Shown: in pieces, positions 23,925 through 34,788 of the stretch | Layout of the letters: each line of letters starts with the position of its first letter | Position numbering within the stretch: position 1 is the first letter of the stretch | DNA from: an uncultured Actinomycetota bacterium | Lineage (GTDB): Bacteria > Actinomycetota > Actinomycetes > Mycobacteriales > Mycobacteriaceae | Direction of reading: 5' to 3' | NCBI GenBank assembly: GCA_963829405.1 | Contig: CAWHIZ010000036.1 | Coordinates: 23,619 to 87,618 of the forward strand | Length of the DNA stretch: 64,000 bases | Notes under the pieces: generated by a model | The model's input: the letters and a program-made list of their open reading frames with translations, nothing else | Told to the model about the DNA's origin: nothing | The model's database searches: none | Position numbers and translations under genes: made by a program

Positions 23925-25121
23925 AGCACGTTGCGATCATCGGCGCGTCGCTCGCGGGTCTGTCCGCGGCCCGCGCACTTCGGTCGCAGGGCTTCGGCGG
24001 GCGCGTGACGGTCGTCGGCGACGAGACCCGACGGCCTTACGACCGTCCGCCGCTGTCGAAGGAATTCCTCGCAGGCGATATGACCGAGGCCGATCTGGCG
24101 CTCGAGGCCGACGACGACGATCTGCAGGCCGAATGGTTGCTCGGGGCGGCCGCAACCAAGCTCGATACTGTTTCAGGCACAGTCGAACTCGCCGACGGAA
24201 GCCGCGTGATTGCCGACGGCTTTGTGATCGCCACCGGCTCGCGGGCCCGCCGCTGGCCCGGCTGCGAATCCATGGCAGGCGTTCACGTCATCCGCACCAT
24301 CGACGACGCCATCGCACTACGCGCCGATATGCGCCCAGGTGCTGCGCTGGTCGTCATCGGCGCGGGATTCATCGGAGCCGAGGTCGCCTCGACCGCGCGC
24401 AAGCTCGGCATGGGTGTCACCGTCGTCGAGGCGGCGCCGACGCCGTTGCAGGTTCAGCTCGGTACGCGGCTGGGCGCGGTGGTCGCCGAGCGCGCACTGC
24501 GACGAACGGAACGACGCTGATCTGTGGCGTCGGCGTGACCGGCCTGACCGGTGAGAATCGCGCGCTCCGGAACACCGACTGCGTCGACCGGGTGACCGGG
24601 GTCGACCTCGCCGACGGGCGCCATCTGCCTGCCGACGTCGTGGTCGTGGGTATCGGAGGCGTCCCCAACATCGAATGGCTGCGGGACAGCGGGCTCGAAC
24701 TGGGCAACGGAGTGCTCTGCGGAGCCAACGGTCAGACGAACGTTCCCCACGTCGTCGCCGTCGGTGACTGCGCCGCGTGGCACGACATGTCGACAGGGAC
24801 GGCGCACCGGGTGGAGCACTGGACGGGCGCGCTCGAACGGCCTGCAATCGCCGTCGCGACCTTGCTCGCGGGCGGCATCGATCAGGGCGCCGCGGTGAAG
24901 GCGCCGTACTTCTGGTCCGACCAGTACGGCTCGCGTATCCAGTTCGCAGGCATCGCGGCGCCCGACGACGAGATCACGATCGAGGAAGGCAGCTGCGACG
25001 ACGCTGCTTCCTCGCGACGTACCGGCGCGACGGTCGGCTGGTCGCCGTTCTCGGCGTCGACCAGCCGCGTCTGTTCACCCGCTGGCGCCGTCAGATCGCC
25101 ACGGCGCCCGCCACCGTCTGA
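23921..25121 (+). pseudogene. FAD-dependent ferredoxin reductase (pyridine nucleotide-disulfide oxidoreductase), two frame changes
   Basis: The gene is spread over three frames. 23921..24520 holds 'MKHVAIIGASLAGLSAA..VVIGAGFIGAEVA'. The frame of 23863..25170 holds '..NGTTLICGVGVTGL..VVAVGDCAAW..YFWSDQYG'. 24777..25121 holds '..FLATYRRDGRLVAVLGVDQPRLF..'. Both shifts are -1, at about 24490 and about 25000. Confidence 0.8.
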
Positions 25122-25166
25122 TCACCAGCCCTCAGCCCATCCCGACCACGCGACGTTGACAGGAGT

Positions 25167-26303
25167 GTGATGACCACATTCGACGAGGCTCCCAGCCTTC
25201 CCGAGAGCCTGATCTCCACACTTGCAGGCCACTACTACACCCACCCCGAGGTCTTCTCGCTGGAGCAGGAGAAGGTCTTCGAGACGATGTGGTTCTGCGT
25301 CGTGCGCTCCTCGGATCTCGACAAGGCAGGCGCATTCAAGACCGTGCAGGTGGGCCGGGAGAGCGTGCTGGTCACCAGGTCCCGCAAGGGTGGCGTCAAC
25401 GCCTTCTTCAACGTCTGCCGCCACCGCGGCGCTCAACTGTGCACCGAGGAGAGCGGCGAGGTCAGGCGGGCGTTCCAATGCCCTTATCACGCATGGACTT
25501 ACGATCTCGACGGCAAGCTGATCGCCGCCCCGAATCTCACCAAGATGCCCGACATCGATCGCGTCGAGTACGGGCTGCGAAAGATCGCAGTCACCGAATG
25601 GCTGGGCTACGTGTGGGTGTGCCTGGCCGACGAGCCGCCGTCGTTCGAGGCGACGGTGATGCGGGAGATCGTCGAGCGACTCGGCGACCTCGACTTGATC
25701 GACCACTACGCAATCGCCGACCTGAGCGTGGGCCGCCGGATCGTCTACGACGTCAAGGCCAACTGGAAGCTCATCATCGAGAACTTCATGGAGTGCTATC
25801 ACTGCGCCACGATTCACCCCGAGTTGACCGAGGTGCTTCCGGAATTCGCCGACGGGTACGCGGCGCAGTTCTACGTCGGCCACGGCGCCGAGTTCGGCGA
25901 TGACGTCAAGGGTTTCACCATTGACGGATCCGAGGGGCTCGACCACATTCCCGGCGTCACCGAGGACCAGGACCGCCGCTACTACGCGATCACCGTCCGC
26001 CCGCAGGTCTTCGTCAACCTGGTGCCCGACCACGTCATCGTGCACAGGATGTTCCCGATGGCCGCGGACCACACCATCGTCGAATGCGATTGGCTGTACC
26101 TGCCGGAGGTGGTCGAGTCCGGCCGCGACGTGAGCCGGTCGGTCGAACTGTTCCACCGAGTCAACACCCAGGACTTCGAAGCCGCCGAAAGGTGCCAGCC
26201 CGCAATGAGTTCGCGGCTGTACCGCAACGGCGGTGTGCTGGTGCCAAGCGAGCACCACATCGGCGCGTTCCATGACTGGCTGCGTGGCATGCTTGCCGTG
26301 TGA
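25167..26303 (+). CDS. Rieske non-heme iron oxygenase, alpha/catalytic subunit (GbcA/Stc2-like betaine demethylase type)
   Basis: Intact 378-aa ORF with 'CRHRGAQLC...CPYHAWTY' Rieske ligands and a catalytic domain containing 'ENFMECYHC'. The substrate (glycine betaine versus proline betaine) cannot be told from the sequence. Confidence 0.8.
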   Translation: MMTTFDEAPSLPESLISTLAGHYYTHPEVFSLEQEKVFETMWFCVVRSSDLDKAGAFKTVQVGRESVLVTRSRKGGVNAFFNVCRHRGAQLCTEESGEVRRAFQCPYHAWTYDLDGKLIAAPNLTKMPDIDRVEYGLRKIAVTEWLGYVWVCLADEPPSFEATVMREIVERLGDLDLIDHYAIADLSVGRRIVYDVKANWKLIIENFMECYHCATIHPELTEVLPEFADGYAAQFYVGHGAEFGDDVKGFTIDGSEGLDHIPGVTEDQDRRYYAITVRPQVFVNLVPDHVIVHRMFPMAADHTIVECDWLYLPEVVESGRDVSRSVELFHRVNTQDFEAAERCQPAMSSRLYRNGGVLVPSEHHIGAFHDWLRGMLAV

Positions 26304-27191
26304 CGACTGACGCCAGGCGTGTCCGTGTTGGTGCAGTGTTTCGTCCGCAGACTGCTCCGGAGCGCCTCGCGTCGGCGTCCAGGGCCGCCGACGACGCAGG
26401 TCTGGACGAGCTGTGGCTGTGGGAGGACTGCTTCCTTGCGGGCGGGATGTCTTCTGCGGCCATCGCCCTTGCCAACAGTGAGCGCCTGAAGGTCGGCATC
26501 GGCATCCTGCCGGTCCCGATGCGAAACGTCGCTTCGACCGCGATGGAGATCGCCACCCTCGACCGCGCATACCCGGGGCGAATCCGGATCGGTCTCGGTC
26601 ACGGGGTACAGGACTGGATGGCTCAGATCGGCGAGAAGGTCGCCTCGCCGATGACCCTGTTGCGTGAATACGTAACGGTGCTGTCTTCGCTGTTGCGCGG
26701 TGAACGCGTGACCTTCGACGGCAGGTACGTGAAGCTCGCCGACGTCGGCCTCGACTGGCCACCCCAGACGAAAATCGAACTGCTGATCGGTGCCGAGCGG
26801 CCCCGAACGCTCGAGCTCAGTGGCGAGATCGGCTCGGGCACGGTGATCACCGGCGGCACTTCGCCGGAAGGTCTTCGGCAAGCTCTGGGTCACGTCGCCA
26901 GCGGTCGCGCCAAAGGCGAGGCATCCGAACGAGCATTCGGCCGTCGTGTACCTGATATGCGGGACCGGGCCGGAGGCCGCACAGCAGGCGCGCGACGAGG
27001 TGGTGTTCTGGGAGCTGGACCCTGCCGACGACCGTGCCGTCTACGGGTCGGCGGAGGACATCGCCGCGGGGGCGAATCGGTGGATCGACGCAGGCGCCGA
27101 CACGATCGTGTTCCAGTCGCCCGCGGATGTGGACATCGAAGAGTTCGTCGGCGTCATCGGGCAGGTTCAAGCGCTGATCGCCGCGCGTTAG
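26300..27191 (+). pseudogene. Luciferase-like (LLM class, F420-dependent-type) oxidoreductase, one frame change
   Basis: GTG 26300 overlaps the oxygenase stop (GTGTGA). The N-terminal part is in ORF 26300..27574 up to '..RAKGEASERA'. The C-terminal part 'VVYLICGTGPEAAQQARDEV..' is in ORF 26946..27191. The switch is at about 26930. Length is 3n+1. Confidence 0.7.
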
Positions 27192-29881
27192 CCGACCGCC
27201 GCGCGTCCGGCTTCAAGGCGGGCGACCGGGAGCCGGAATGGGGAACAGGACACGTAGTCGAGCCCGGTCTGATGGAAGAAGTGGATGGACTCTGGGTCGC
27301 CGCCGTGCTCACCGCACACCCCGAGCTTCAGGCCGGGCTTGGTCTTACGACCCTCCGCAGCAGCGATCTCCACCAGACGGCCTACGCCGTCGGCGTCGAT
27401 GGTCTCGAACGGCGATATGGTGAACACCCCTTTGTCGATATAGGCGGCGAACAAGGAGGATTCGACGTCGTCGCGGGAGAATCCCCATGTCGTCTGCGTG
27501 AGATCGTTTGTGCCGAAAGAGAAGAAGTCGGCGGCGTCGGCGATCCGATGAGCGGTCAACGCGGCCCGCGGTAGCTCGATCATGGTGCCGATCGGAATCG
27601 TCAATGTGACGCCGCGCTCGGCGGACACCTCCGCGAGAATGCGCTCGGCCTCATCGCGGACCAGATGCAGCTCCATCACCGACCCCACCAACGGGACCAT
27701 GATCTCGACCTTGGGGTTCTTACCCGCAGCGAGCTGATCGCAGGCCGCCTCGCCGATGGCTCGGACCTGCAGTGCGAACAGCCCGGGGGTCACCAGGCCA
27801 AGACGAACGCCGCGCAAGCCCAGCATCGGGTTCGACTCGTGCAGGTCCTCGACCGCGGCCAACAGCTTGCGGTCGGTGTCCACCTGCTCGCCGGTCTCGC
27901 CCGCAGCGTCGGCGAGTGCGACCTTGACCGCGAGCTCGGTACGATCAGGGAGGAACTCGTGCAGCGGCGGATCCAGCAGCCTGATGTTCACCGGGAGGCC
28001 GTCCATTGCGTCGAGCAGGTCCGTGAAGTCCCTGCGCTGCAAGGGCAGCAGCGCCGCGAGCGCGTCTGCGCGTTCCTCGGCGGTGTGGGCGACGATGACC
28101 CGTTCGATGAGCGTGCGACGATCACCGAGAAACATGTGCTCGGTTCGACATAGGCCGATGCCCTGTGCGCCAAGGGATCTCGCCCGAACGGCGTCCTCGG
28201 CGGTATCGGCGTTCGCGCGGACCGCCAACCGTCGGGATTCGTCGGCATGGGTGAGGAGTCGATCGACCGCGTTGACGAGGGCGGCGGTCTCGTCGTCGGT
28301 TCCTTCGAGGGCGGCACCCAAGCCGGACTCGATGTAGGTCTCGACGGGGGAGGGTACGACGGGTACCGCGCCGAGGAAGATCTCGCCGGTCGACCCGTCG
28401 ATGCTGATCGCATCACCCTCCTCGATCACCGCGCCGCCGACACGCGCGGTACGGGCCACGGCGTCGACGTCGAGCGCCTCGGCGCCGCAGACGCAGGTCT
28501 TGCCCATGCCGCGGGCGACGACGGCCGCGTGTGAGGTCTTTCCGCCGCGCGCGGTGAGGATTCCGTTGGCGGCGATCATGCCCTCGAGGTCGTCGGGGTT
28601 GGTTTCCCTTCGCACCAGGACAACCTGCTCACCGCGTTCGCGCCATGCCTTGGCGGTCGCGGAATCGAACACCGCGCGGCCGACCGCGGCACCCGGCGAT
28701 GCGGCCATCCCCCGCGTCAGCAGTTCGCGCTGTGCCGACCGGTCGAACTGCGGGAACATCAGCAGTGCAAGCTGCGACCCGGACACCCGCGACAGCGCCT
28801 CGTCCATCGTGATCAGGTTCTCGTCGACCAGCTGGCCCGCTATCCGAAATGCCGCTGCAGCGGTGCGCTTGCCGACGCGGGTCTGCAGCATCCACAGCTT
28901 GCCGAGCTCGATGGTGAACTCGATGTCGCACAGGTCCCGGTAGTGCGTCTCCAGCCTGCGCATCACCTTCATCAGCTGCTTGTGCGATGCCGGGTCCATC
29001 GTCTTGAGATCGTCCAGCGACAGCGTGTTCCGGATTCCGGCGACGACGTCCTCGCCCTGGGCATTGGCCAGATAGTCCCCATAGGCACCCGTCCGGCCAG
29101 ATGCCGGGTCGCGGGTGAACGCCACCCCGGTTCCGCTTGTCTCGCCGAGGTTGCCGAAGACCATGGTGCAGATGTTGACGGCGGTGCCGAGGTGCTGCGG
29201 GATGCGCTCCCGTCGGCGGTACAGCCGTGCCCGCTCGGTGTTCCACGAGTTGAAGACCGCGTTGATGGCCATGTCCAGCTGCTCGCGCGGGTGCTGGGGA
29301 AAGTCGTGGCCGGAGTGCTCCCGCACCAGATCCTTGAAGACCGAGACGAGTTCCCTGAGATCGTCGACGTCCAAGTCGACGTCGGTGGTGACACCCTTCG
29401 CTGACTTCGCCTTGTCGAGCGTGTCGGAGAAGACCTCGCCGGGCATATCCAGAACCGTCTTGCCGAACATCTGCAGCAGCCTCCGGTAGGAGTCCCACGC
29501 GAAGCGCTCGTCGCCGGACTCTTCGGCCAGCCCCTTCACGCTGGCGTCGTTGAGTCCGATGTTCAGGACGGTCTCCATCATTCCCGGCATCGAGAACGCT
29601 GCGCCGGAGCGGACGCTGACCAACAGCGGGTCGTGGCGATCGCCGAGGCGCCTGCCGATCCCGTCTTCCAGCTGCCGCAGCGCCATCGTTACCTGCACCC
29701 GCAGCTTCCCGGGGGCGCTGCCGCGCGTGAGGTACTCGCGACAGGCCTCGGTGGTGATCGTGAACCCGGGCGGCACCGGCAGGCCGAGGTTCGTCATCTC
29801 GGCGAGGTTCGCTCCCTTGCCGCCGAGCAGAGCCTTCTGGCTCTTGTCGCCCTCGGTGAAGTCGTACACGTACTTGGTCAT
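27188..29881 (-). CDS. ppdK: Pyruvate, phosphate dikinase
   Basis: Intact 897 codons from ATG 29881 ('MTKYVYDFTEGDK..GGKGANLAEM'). Phospho-His motif 'GGKTSHAAVVARGMG' and PEP-utilising C-terminus 'FFSFGTNDLTQ' are present. The ORF-track start at 30097 is an upstream extension. Confidence 0.95.
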   Translation of the reverse strand: MTKYVYDFTEGDKSQKALLGGKGANLAEMTNLGLPVPPGFTITTEACREYLTRGSAPGKLRVQVTMALRQLEDGIGRRLGDRHDPLLVSVRSGAAFSMPGMMETVLNIGLNDASVKGLAEESGDERFAWDSYRRLLQMFGKTVLDMPGEVFSDTLDKAKSAKGVTTDVDLDVDDLRELVSVFKDLVREHSGHDFPQHPREQLDMAINAVFNSWNTERARLYRRRERIPQHLGTAVNICTMVFGNLGETSGTGVAFTRDPASGRTGAYGDYLANAQGEDVVAGIRNTLSLDDLKTMDPASHKQLMKVMRRLETHYRDLCDIEFTIELGKLWMLQTRVGKRTAAAAFRIAGQLVDENLITMDEALSRVSGSQLALLMFPQFDRSAQRELLTRGMAASPGAAVGRAVFDSATAKAWRERGEQVVLVRRETNPDDLEGMIAANGILTARGGKTSHAAVVARGMGKTCVCGAEALDVDAVARTARVGGAVIEEGDAISIDGSTGEIFLGAVPVVPSPVETYIESGLGAALEGTDDETAALVNAVDRLLTHADESRRLAVRANADTAEDAVRARSLGAQGIGLCRTEHMFLGDRRTLIERVIVAHTAEERADALAALLPLQRRDFTDLLDAMDGLPVNIRLLDPPLHEFLPDRTELAVKVALADAAGETGEQVDTDRKLLAAVEDLHESNPMLGLRGVRLGLVTPGLFALQVRAIGEAACDQLAAGKNPKVEIMVPLVGSVMELHLVRDEAERILAEVSAERGVTLTIPIGTMIELPRAALTAHRIADAADFFSFGTNDLTQTTWGFSRDDVESSLFAAYIDKGVFTISPFETIDADGVGRLVEIAAAEGRKTKPGLKLGVCGEHGGDPESIHFFHQTGLDYVSCSPFRLPVARLEAGRAAVG

Positions 29882-30012
29882 CGATCGTCTCCTTGGCTGA
29901 GGTCGAGTCTGGGCCGCAGGGACCGGTGTCGTGCGGGAAACGGCGAAGCCGATTACCGACTGACTTTGGGCGTCTGACTCGGTTTGCCTGCGCGGGCGCT
30001 TAATCTCGCGCC

Positions 30013-31520
30013 ATGGACCGCATCTTCCAGTGGCTGTGGGACCGGTACGGCCCGAGGTACTCGTGGGCGCTAGGCGCCCTGATGTATCCCATTGCACTGG
30101 TGACGTACCTGGTCTGGTCGATGACCATCGTCGCTTTCGAGGGGTCCAGCCACTACGGCCAGGCGGTGCTCTTCACCGTGGTTGCCGTCGCGGTGCGGAC
30201 GTATGTGTTGATCCTGCCCGCCCTCAAGGGAATCCGAGCCGTTGAGCAGTGGGCGACTAATTCGGGGGTTGACCCGCGGGACGCCTTGACCGCGACATAC
30301 GTCTACTCTCGTCGCGCGTTCACCCGAGCAATGGCGTCCGATGCGTTGTGGACAGTCGCCTTCATGGTCGCGGTCGGTGTGATCGCGGGGACAACCGGAT
30401 GGCGGCTTGTCCAGTACGCAGTTATGGGAGTCGCGGTCGGGGTGCGGAACGATTCTGATCGCCATGCACAGCTTCATGGAAGGGGTGTTCCGCCCCGCCC
30501 GAGCCGCCATTGTCGGCGAGACGGGAATCGGTGACTCGCTCCCCCGCTCGCGCCCGACATTCGCCAATTGGACGAACCTGTCCATGACCTCGTCGATTTT
30601 CCTCACATATCTATCTGCCGCGATGCTGGCAGCCGTGCTCGATGTCGCCAGACACGGCCCCCTGCTCGCGGTGGCGATGGCGTGCGCATTGACGTTCGGT
30701 TTGGCGGTGCCGATCGGGGTCGGTGCTTCGTTCTCGCCTGTCGCTGCGACCAATTCGCGATCTCGCTGCCGGCACTGAGCGTGTTGCGGCGGGGGACTAC
30801 AGCCAACGGCTGCCGGTGGTGCAGGACGACGATCTTGGCGCACTGACCGCGTCGTTCAACCGGATGCAGGCGGGTTTGGCTGAGCGGCAACGGCTTCAGG
30901 CTGCGTTCGGTACCTACGTCGACCCGGTTCTGGCGTCGCGTCTGCTCGAGCAGGGTGACGATGTGTTCACCGGTGAGCGCCGCGAGGTGACGGTGATGTT
31001 CGTCGACATCCGCGACTTCACCCCGTTCGCGGAGTCGAACACCGCCGAGGACACGGTGTCTCGGCTCAATGCGCTGTTCGACATCGTGGTGCCCGCCGTC
31101 GTCGAGGCGGGTGGACACGTCAACAAGTTTCTCGGCGACGGAGCGCTTGCGGTGTTCGGCGCCCCGAACGAGCTCGCCGATCACGCCGATGCCGCGGTGA
31201 ATGCCGCTGTGGTGATTGATCGACTTGTCGCCGAGCGGTTCGGCGGCGAGCTTCGGATCGGTATCGGGATCAACACCGGGCAGGTGATCGCGGGCACGAT
31301 CGGTGGTGGAAGCAAGCTGGAGTTCACCCTGATCGGTGACACCGTCAACGTGGCCGCCCGCGTCGAGCAACTCACCAAAACCACCGGCGACACAATCCTT
31401 CTCACCCAACAGACCGTCGACGCGATGGCGTCCCGGCCAAACACGCTCGTCGACCGGGAATCGCATGAGTTGAAAGGGAAGTCGGCCGCTGTGCAGGTTT
31501 ACGCGATGGATCACAAGTGA
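30013..31520 (+). pseudogene. Membrane-anchored HAMP-domain class III adenylate/guanylate cyclase, two frame changes
   Basis: The TM region is in ORFs 30013..30534 and 30407..30778. HAMP plus cyclase ('RPIRDLAAGTERVAAGDY..', 'VTVMFVDIRDFT', 'KFLGDGALAVFG', 'IGINTGQVIAGTIG') are in ORF 30723..31520. The +1 shifts are at about 30445 and about 30720. Confidence 0.8.
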
Positions 31521-32116
31521 TCGTCGGGTATCCGGCTCAGCAGTCGGACCGCGATGTGAACGCCAGGTCCGATGAGCACCGCGAACAACAGAGTGCCGAT
31601 CCCTGCGACTCCGCCGAGTAGCCAGCCCAGGATCAGCACCGTCACCTCGACCACGGCGCGCGCAGCCCCAAGCGGCCAGCCCGATATCCGGGCGATACCC
31701 GTCATCAGCCCATCCCGTGGCCCGGGCCCCAGTCCGCACCGTAGATAGAAGCCGCTGCCGATCGCGACGAGCAGGATGCCTCCGACACACAGCCCGAACC
31801 GCGCGGGCATCGACTCGAGATGGGGCAGGAACATCAGGCCCACATCGAGGGCCGTGCCGACGAGCAAGACGTTGGCCACCGTTCCCAGGCCTGGTCGCTG
31901 CCGCAACGGTATCCACAGCAGCAGTACGACCGCGCCGATCAGGTTCGTCATCACGCCGATGGACAGGTGCGCCCGCGACGCGATGCCCTGCGAGAAGACG
32001 GTCCACGGTGAATTGCCCAGACCCGCGGCAACCAGCATCGCCTCGCCGGTGCCGAAGACCCACAGGCCGAACACCAACGACGTGGCCTGAAGCGGTCGCG
32101 GCACCCATCTGTTCAC
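31511..32116 (-). CDS. YczE/YitT-like integral membrane protein
   Basis: Hydrophobic ORF containing 'GLGNSPWTVFSQG'. I prefer GTG 32116 over the ORF-track start 32233 because the extension overlaps the divergent neighbour. Confidence 0.55.
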   Translation of the reverse strand: MNRWVPRPLQATSLVFGLWVFGTGEAMLVAAGLGNSPWTVFSQGIASRAHLSIGVMTNLIGAVVLLLWIPLRQRPGLGTVANVLLVGTALDVGLMFLPHLESMPARFGLCVGGILLVAIGSGFYLRCGLGPGPRDGLMTGIARISGWPLGAARAVVEVTVLILGWLLGGVAGIGTLLFAVLIGPGVHIAVRLLSRIPDDHL

Positions 32117-32131
32117 CGCATCAACGATGGC

Positions 32132-33007
32132 ATGCTGATGCGCGTGGCCACCGTCCTGATCCCGATCCCGGACACCGACTTCGACCCAACCGAGGTCGCG
32201 GTCAGTTGGCAGGTGCTCACCGGTGATGGGCACGCCGTCGTGTTCAGCACCGAAAGCGGCAGGACCGCCGCCGCGGACGACATCATGGTCACCGGCCGCG
32301 GCCTCGACTTCTGGTCACGGGTTCCGGTGCTTGGTCGCGTCGCCGTCATTGGTCGTTTCCTGCGTGCCAACAGCGATGCCCGCGCCGCCTACGCGGCGAT
32401 GCTGCAATCCGCGGAGTATCAGCACCCCATCGCGTGGACCGAAGCCGGGATCGACGGGGTGGACGCGCTACTCCTTCCCGGTGGCCATCGCGCGCGTGGC
32501 ATGCGTTCGTACATCGACAGCGACGTCCTGCAGGCACTCGTCGTCAAAGCATTCGAGCGCTCCACGCTCGTCGCAGCGATCTGTCACGGCGTTCTGCTCG
32601 CCGCCCGGTCCGTCGATCCGTCGACAGGACACTCGGTGCTCCACGGTCGCAAGACCACCGCGCTCACATGGGATTTCGAACGACGCGCGTGGCGGCTCAC
32701 CCGCGTCACGCGGTTCTGGGACCCCGACTATTACCGCACCTATTCCGATCGTCCGGGCGATCCCGCCGGCTATATGTCCGTGCAGGCGGAAGTCACTCGC
32801 GCACTGGAGAAGCCGGACGACTTCTGCGATGTGCCCGCGGATTCCCCGCACCGGCGCAAGCAGACGTCGGGGACGGTGCGCGACACCGCCACCGACTCAC
32901 GGCCTGCCTTCGTCGTCGACGACGGGCGCTACATCTCCGCGCGCTGGCCGGGTGACACTCACACCTTCGCGTCGGCGGTGTCGGCGAGGTTGCGCGAAAC
33001 GGTCTGA
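32132..33007 (+). CDS. DJ-1/PfpI-like type 1 glutamine amidotransferase-fold protein
   Basis: Intact 291-aa ORF with the nucleophile-elbow Cys 'AAICHGVLL' and an 'LLLPGGH' motif. Confidence 0.65.
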   Translation: MLMRVATVLIPIPDTDFDPTEVAVSWQVLTGDGHAVVFSTESGRTAAADDIMVTGRGLDFWSRVPVLGRVAVIGRFLRANSDARAAYAAMLQSAEYQHPIAWTEAGIDGVDALLLPGGHRARGMRSYIDSDVLQALVVKAFERSTLVAAICHGVLLAARSVDPSTGHSVLHGRKTTALTWDFERRAWRLTRVTRFWDPDYYRTYSDRPGDPAGYMSVQAEVTRALEKPDDFCDVPADSPHRRKQTSGTVRDTATDSRPAFVVDDGRYISARWPGDTHTFASAVSARLRETV

Positions 33008-33861
33008 GCCGCGTCGACGATGACCGCCGTCACCGCATCGGGATGAGAGATAAGGGTCAGGTGCGACCCGCCGTCGAACTCGGTGACGGTCGAGTGAGCA
33101 CGTGTCGCCATCGCGTGTTCCGATGTCGGCGTGATGATCTGGTCACCGCTGCTGATGAAGTACCAGGAGGGGATCGTTTTCCACGCCGCATAGCGAGACG
33201 GGGTGTCGAAGGCCTCAGTCGACGCGGCGCGCTGCGTCGCCCACAGCCGCGTTGCCACGTCGGCGGGAAGGTCGTTTCCGAAGTTCTGCAGGAACACATC
33301 CCGCTTCAGATAGAGGTCCACTGCTCCACGGGGTGCTCCCGGATAGGGAAGTTTGTCGAAAAGCTCATCGTCGGACTTGTGCTTGAGAACCGAGTCGGCC
33401 CCACTGAGTGAGCCGTTGGTCTCGCCGACGTCGGGTGCGGCGGCGTCGACGTAGACCAACGCCTTGACGTTCGGGATGGTCTCCGCGGCATTGGTGATCA
33501 CCGAACCACCGTAGGAGTGCCCGACCAGAACGACGGGGCCATCGATCGTTCTGAGGAAGTCTGCGACGTAGGTGGAGTCGGTGGTGAGGTTCTCGAGTGG
33601 ATTGGCGATCGCCCTGACGGTGTAGCCCTGCGACTGGAGTATCTGGATTTCGCCGTTCCAACTGGATGTGTCGGCCCACGCGCCGTGCACCAGCACGATG
33701 GTCGGCTTCTCGGCTGTGGGTTCGGCAGCCGACGGCCTCGACGAGATCAATCCGCCCACGACGATCGCGGTGCATATCAACAATGCGATCAGGCTGTATG
33801 TGCGCCCGACTCTCGAGGTAACCATGGAGATTACGTTCGCACGCAGCGCGGTACGGGTCAT
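32959..33861 (-). CDS. Secreted alpha/beta hydrolase
   Basis: ATG 33861 (or 33825) gives a signal-peptide-like N-terminus followed by 'IVLVHGAWAD' and the nucleophile elbow 'GHSYGG'. The ORF-track start 34176 is an extension into the neighbouring SDR gene. Confidence 0.7.
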   Translation of the reverse strand: MTRTALRANVISMVTSRVGRTYSLIALLICTAIVVGGLISSRPSAAEPTAEKPTIVLVHGAWADTSSWNGEIQILQSQGYTVRAIANPLENLTTDSTYVADFLRTIDGPVVLVGHSYGGSVITNAAETIPNVKALVYVDAAAPDVGETNGSLSGADSVLKHKSDDELFDKLPYPGAPRGAVDLYLKRDVFLQNFGNDLPADVATRLWATQRAASTEAFDTPSRYAAWKTIPSWYFISSGDQIITPTSEHAMATRAHSTVTEFDGGSHLTLISHPDAVTAVIVDAAQTVSRNLADTADAKV

Positions 33862-33908
33862 CGATGCTGACGGCAAAGCGCTATACCGGCTAGCTGGTAG
33901 CCGGCTGC

Positions 33909-34754
33909 TCAGAACTTGGCGACCGCTCCGGCGTCGACCGGCAGCGCTGCTCCTGTGATGTACTGCGACTCGTCGGAAGCAAGGAACAACACCGCATGGC
34001 TGACCGCTCGTGCCTCGATCAGCGGCGCGGGCAGCATGTGGAAATGCCCGATCACCGCCGCAGCGTCGTCCATCGTCGGCTCGGCGAGGTCGGGCCTCAG
34101 CGTGCGATGAAACCACTCGTTGTCGAGCATCGGCGTCCGAATATTGCCCGGATGAATCGAGTTCACCCTGATCCATTGCGGGGCAAGCTCATTGGCCAAC
34201 GAGTTCTTCAGTCCGACCAACGCATGCTTGGCAGATGCGTACGCCGCCATGTAACCACCGCCGCGCAATCCGAGCATCGAGCTCACCAGGATGATCGAAC
34301 CTCCGCGACCGTCCGACATATGCGGCAGAGCGACCTTGACCGTGTGCATCACGCCGGTCAGGTTGATGTCCAGCATCGTCTGCCAGTCGGCCTCCTCGAT
34401 CGACGCAGCAGGGGCGGGCACACCGCTGATACCGGCGTTGGCGACAACGATGTCGGGCCTGCCCAACTCGTCGACGCCTCGTTGCAACGCGGCGCGCAGG
34501 CCCTCGAGATCCCTGACGTCGACCTTCGCGGTGACGACGCGCCGATCCAGCTTCTCGACCAGTGCCGCGGTCTCGTCGAGATCGGCCTGCGTCGCTCCCG
34601 GATAGCCGACGCCGTCGATGTCGTCGCACACGTCGACGCCGATGATGTCGGCGCCTTCCTCCGCAAGGCGGATGGCGTGTTCACGACCCTGGCCGCGTGC
34701 CGCTCCGGTGATGAACGCGACCTTGCCTGCCACCCTGCCAACGGTGTTCGTCAT
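33909..34754 (-). CDS. SDR-family oxidoreductase (carveol-dehydrogenase / mycofactocin-coupled-like subgroup)
   Basis: ATG 34754 gives 'MTNTVGRVAGKVAFITGAARGQGREHA..'. The catalytic motif is 'YASAKHA'. Confidence 0.8.
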   Translation of the reverse strand: MTNTVGRVAGKVAFITGAARGQGREHAIRLAEEGADIIGVDVCDDIDGVGYPGATQADLDETAALVEKLDRRVVTAKVDVRDLEGLRAALQRGVDELGRPDIVVANAGISGVPAPAASIEEADWQTMLDINLTGVMHTVKVALPHMSDGRGGSIILVSSMLGLRGGGYMAAYASAKHALVGLKNSLANELAPQWIRVNSIHPGNIRTPMLDNEWFHRTLRPDLAEPTMDDAAAVIGHFHMLPAPLIEARAVSHAVLFLASDESQYITGAALPVDAGAVAKF

Positions 34755-34788
34755 CGCCACCTCCCGGCGAAAGAGTACCGTCACCTCG

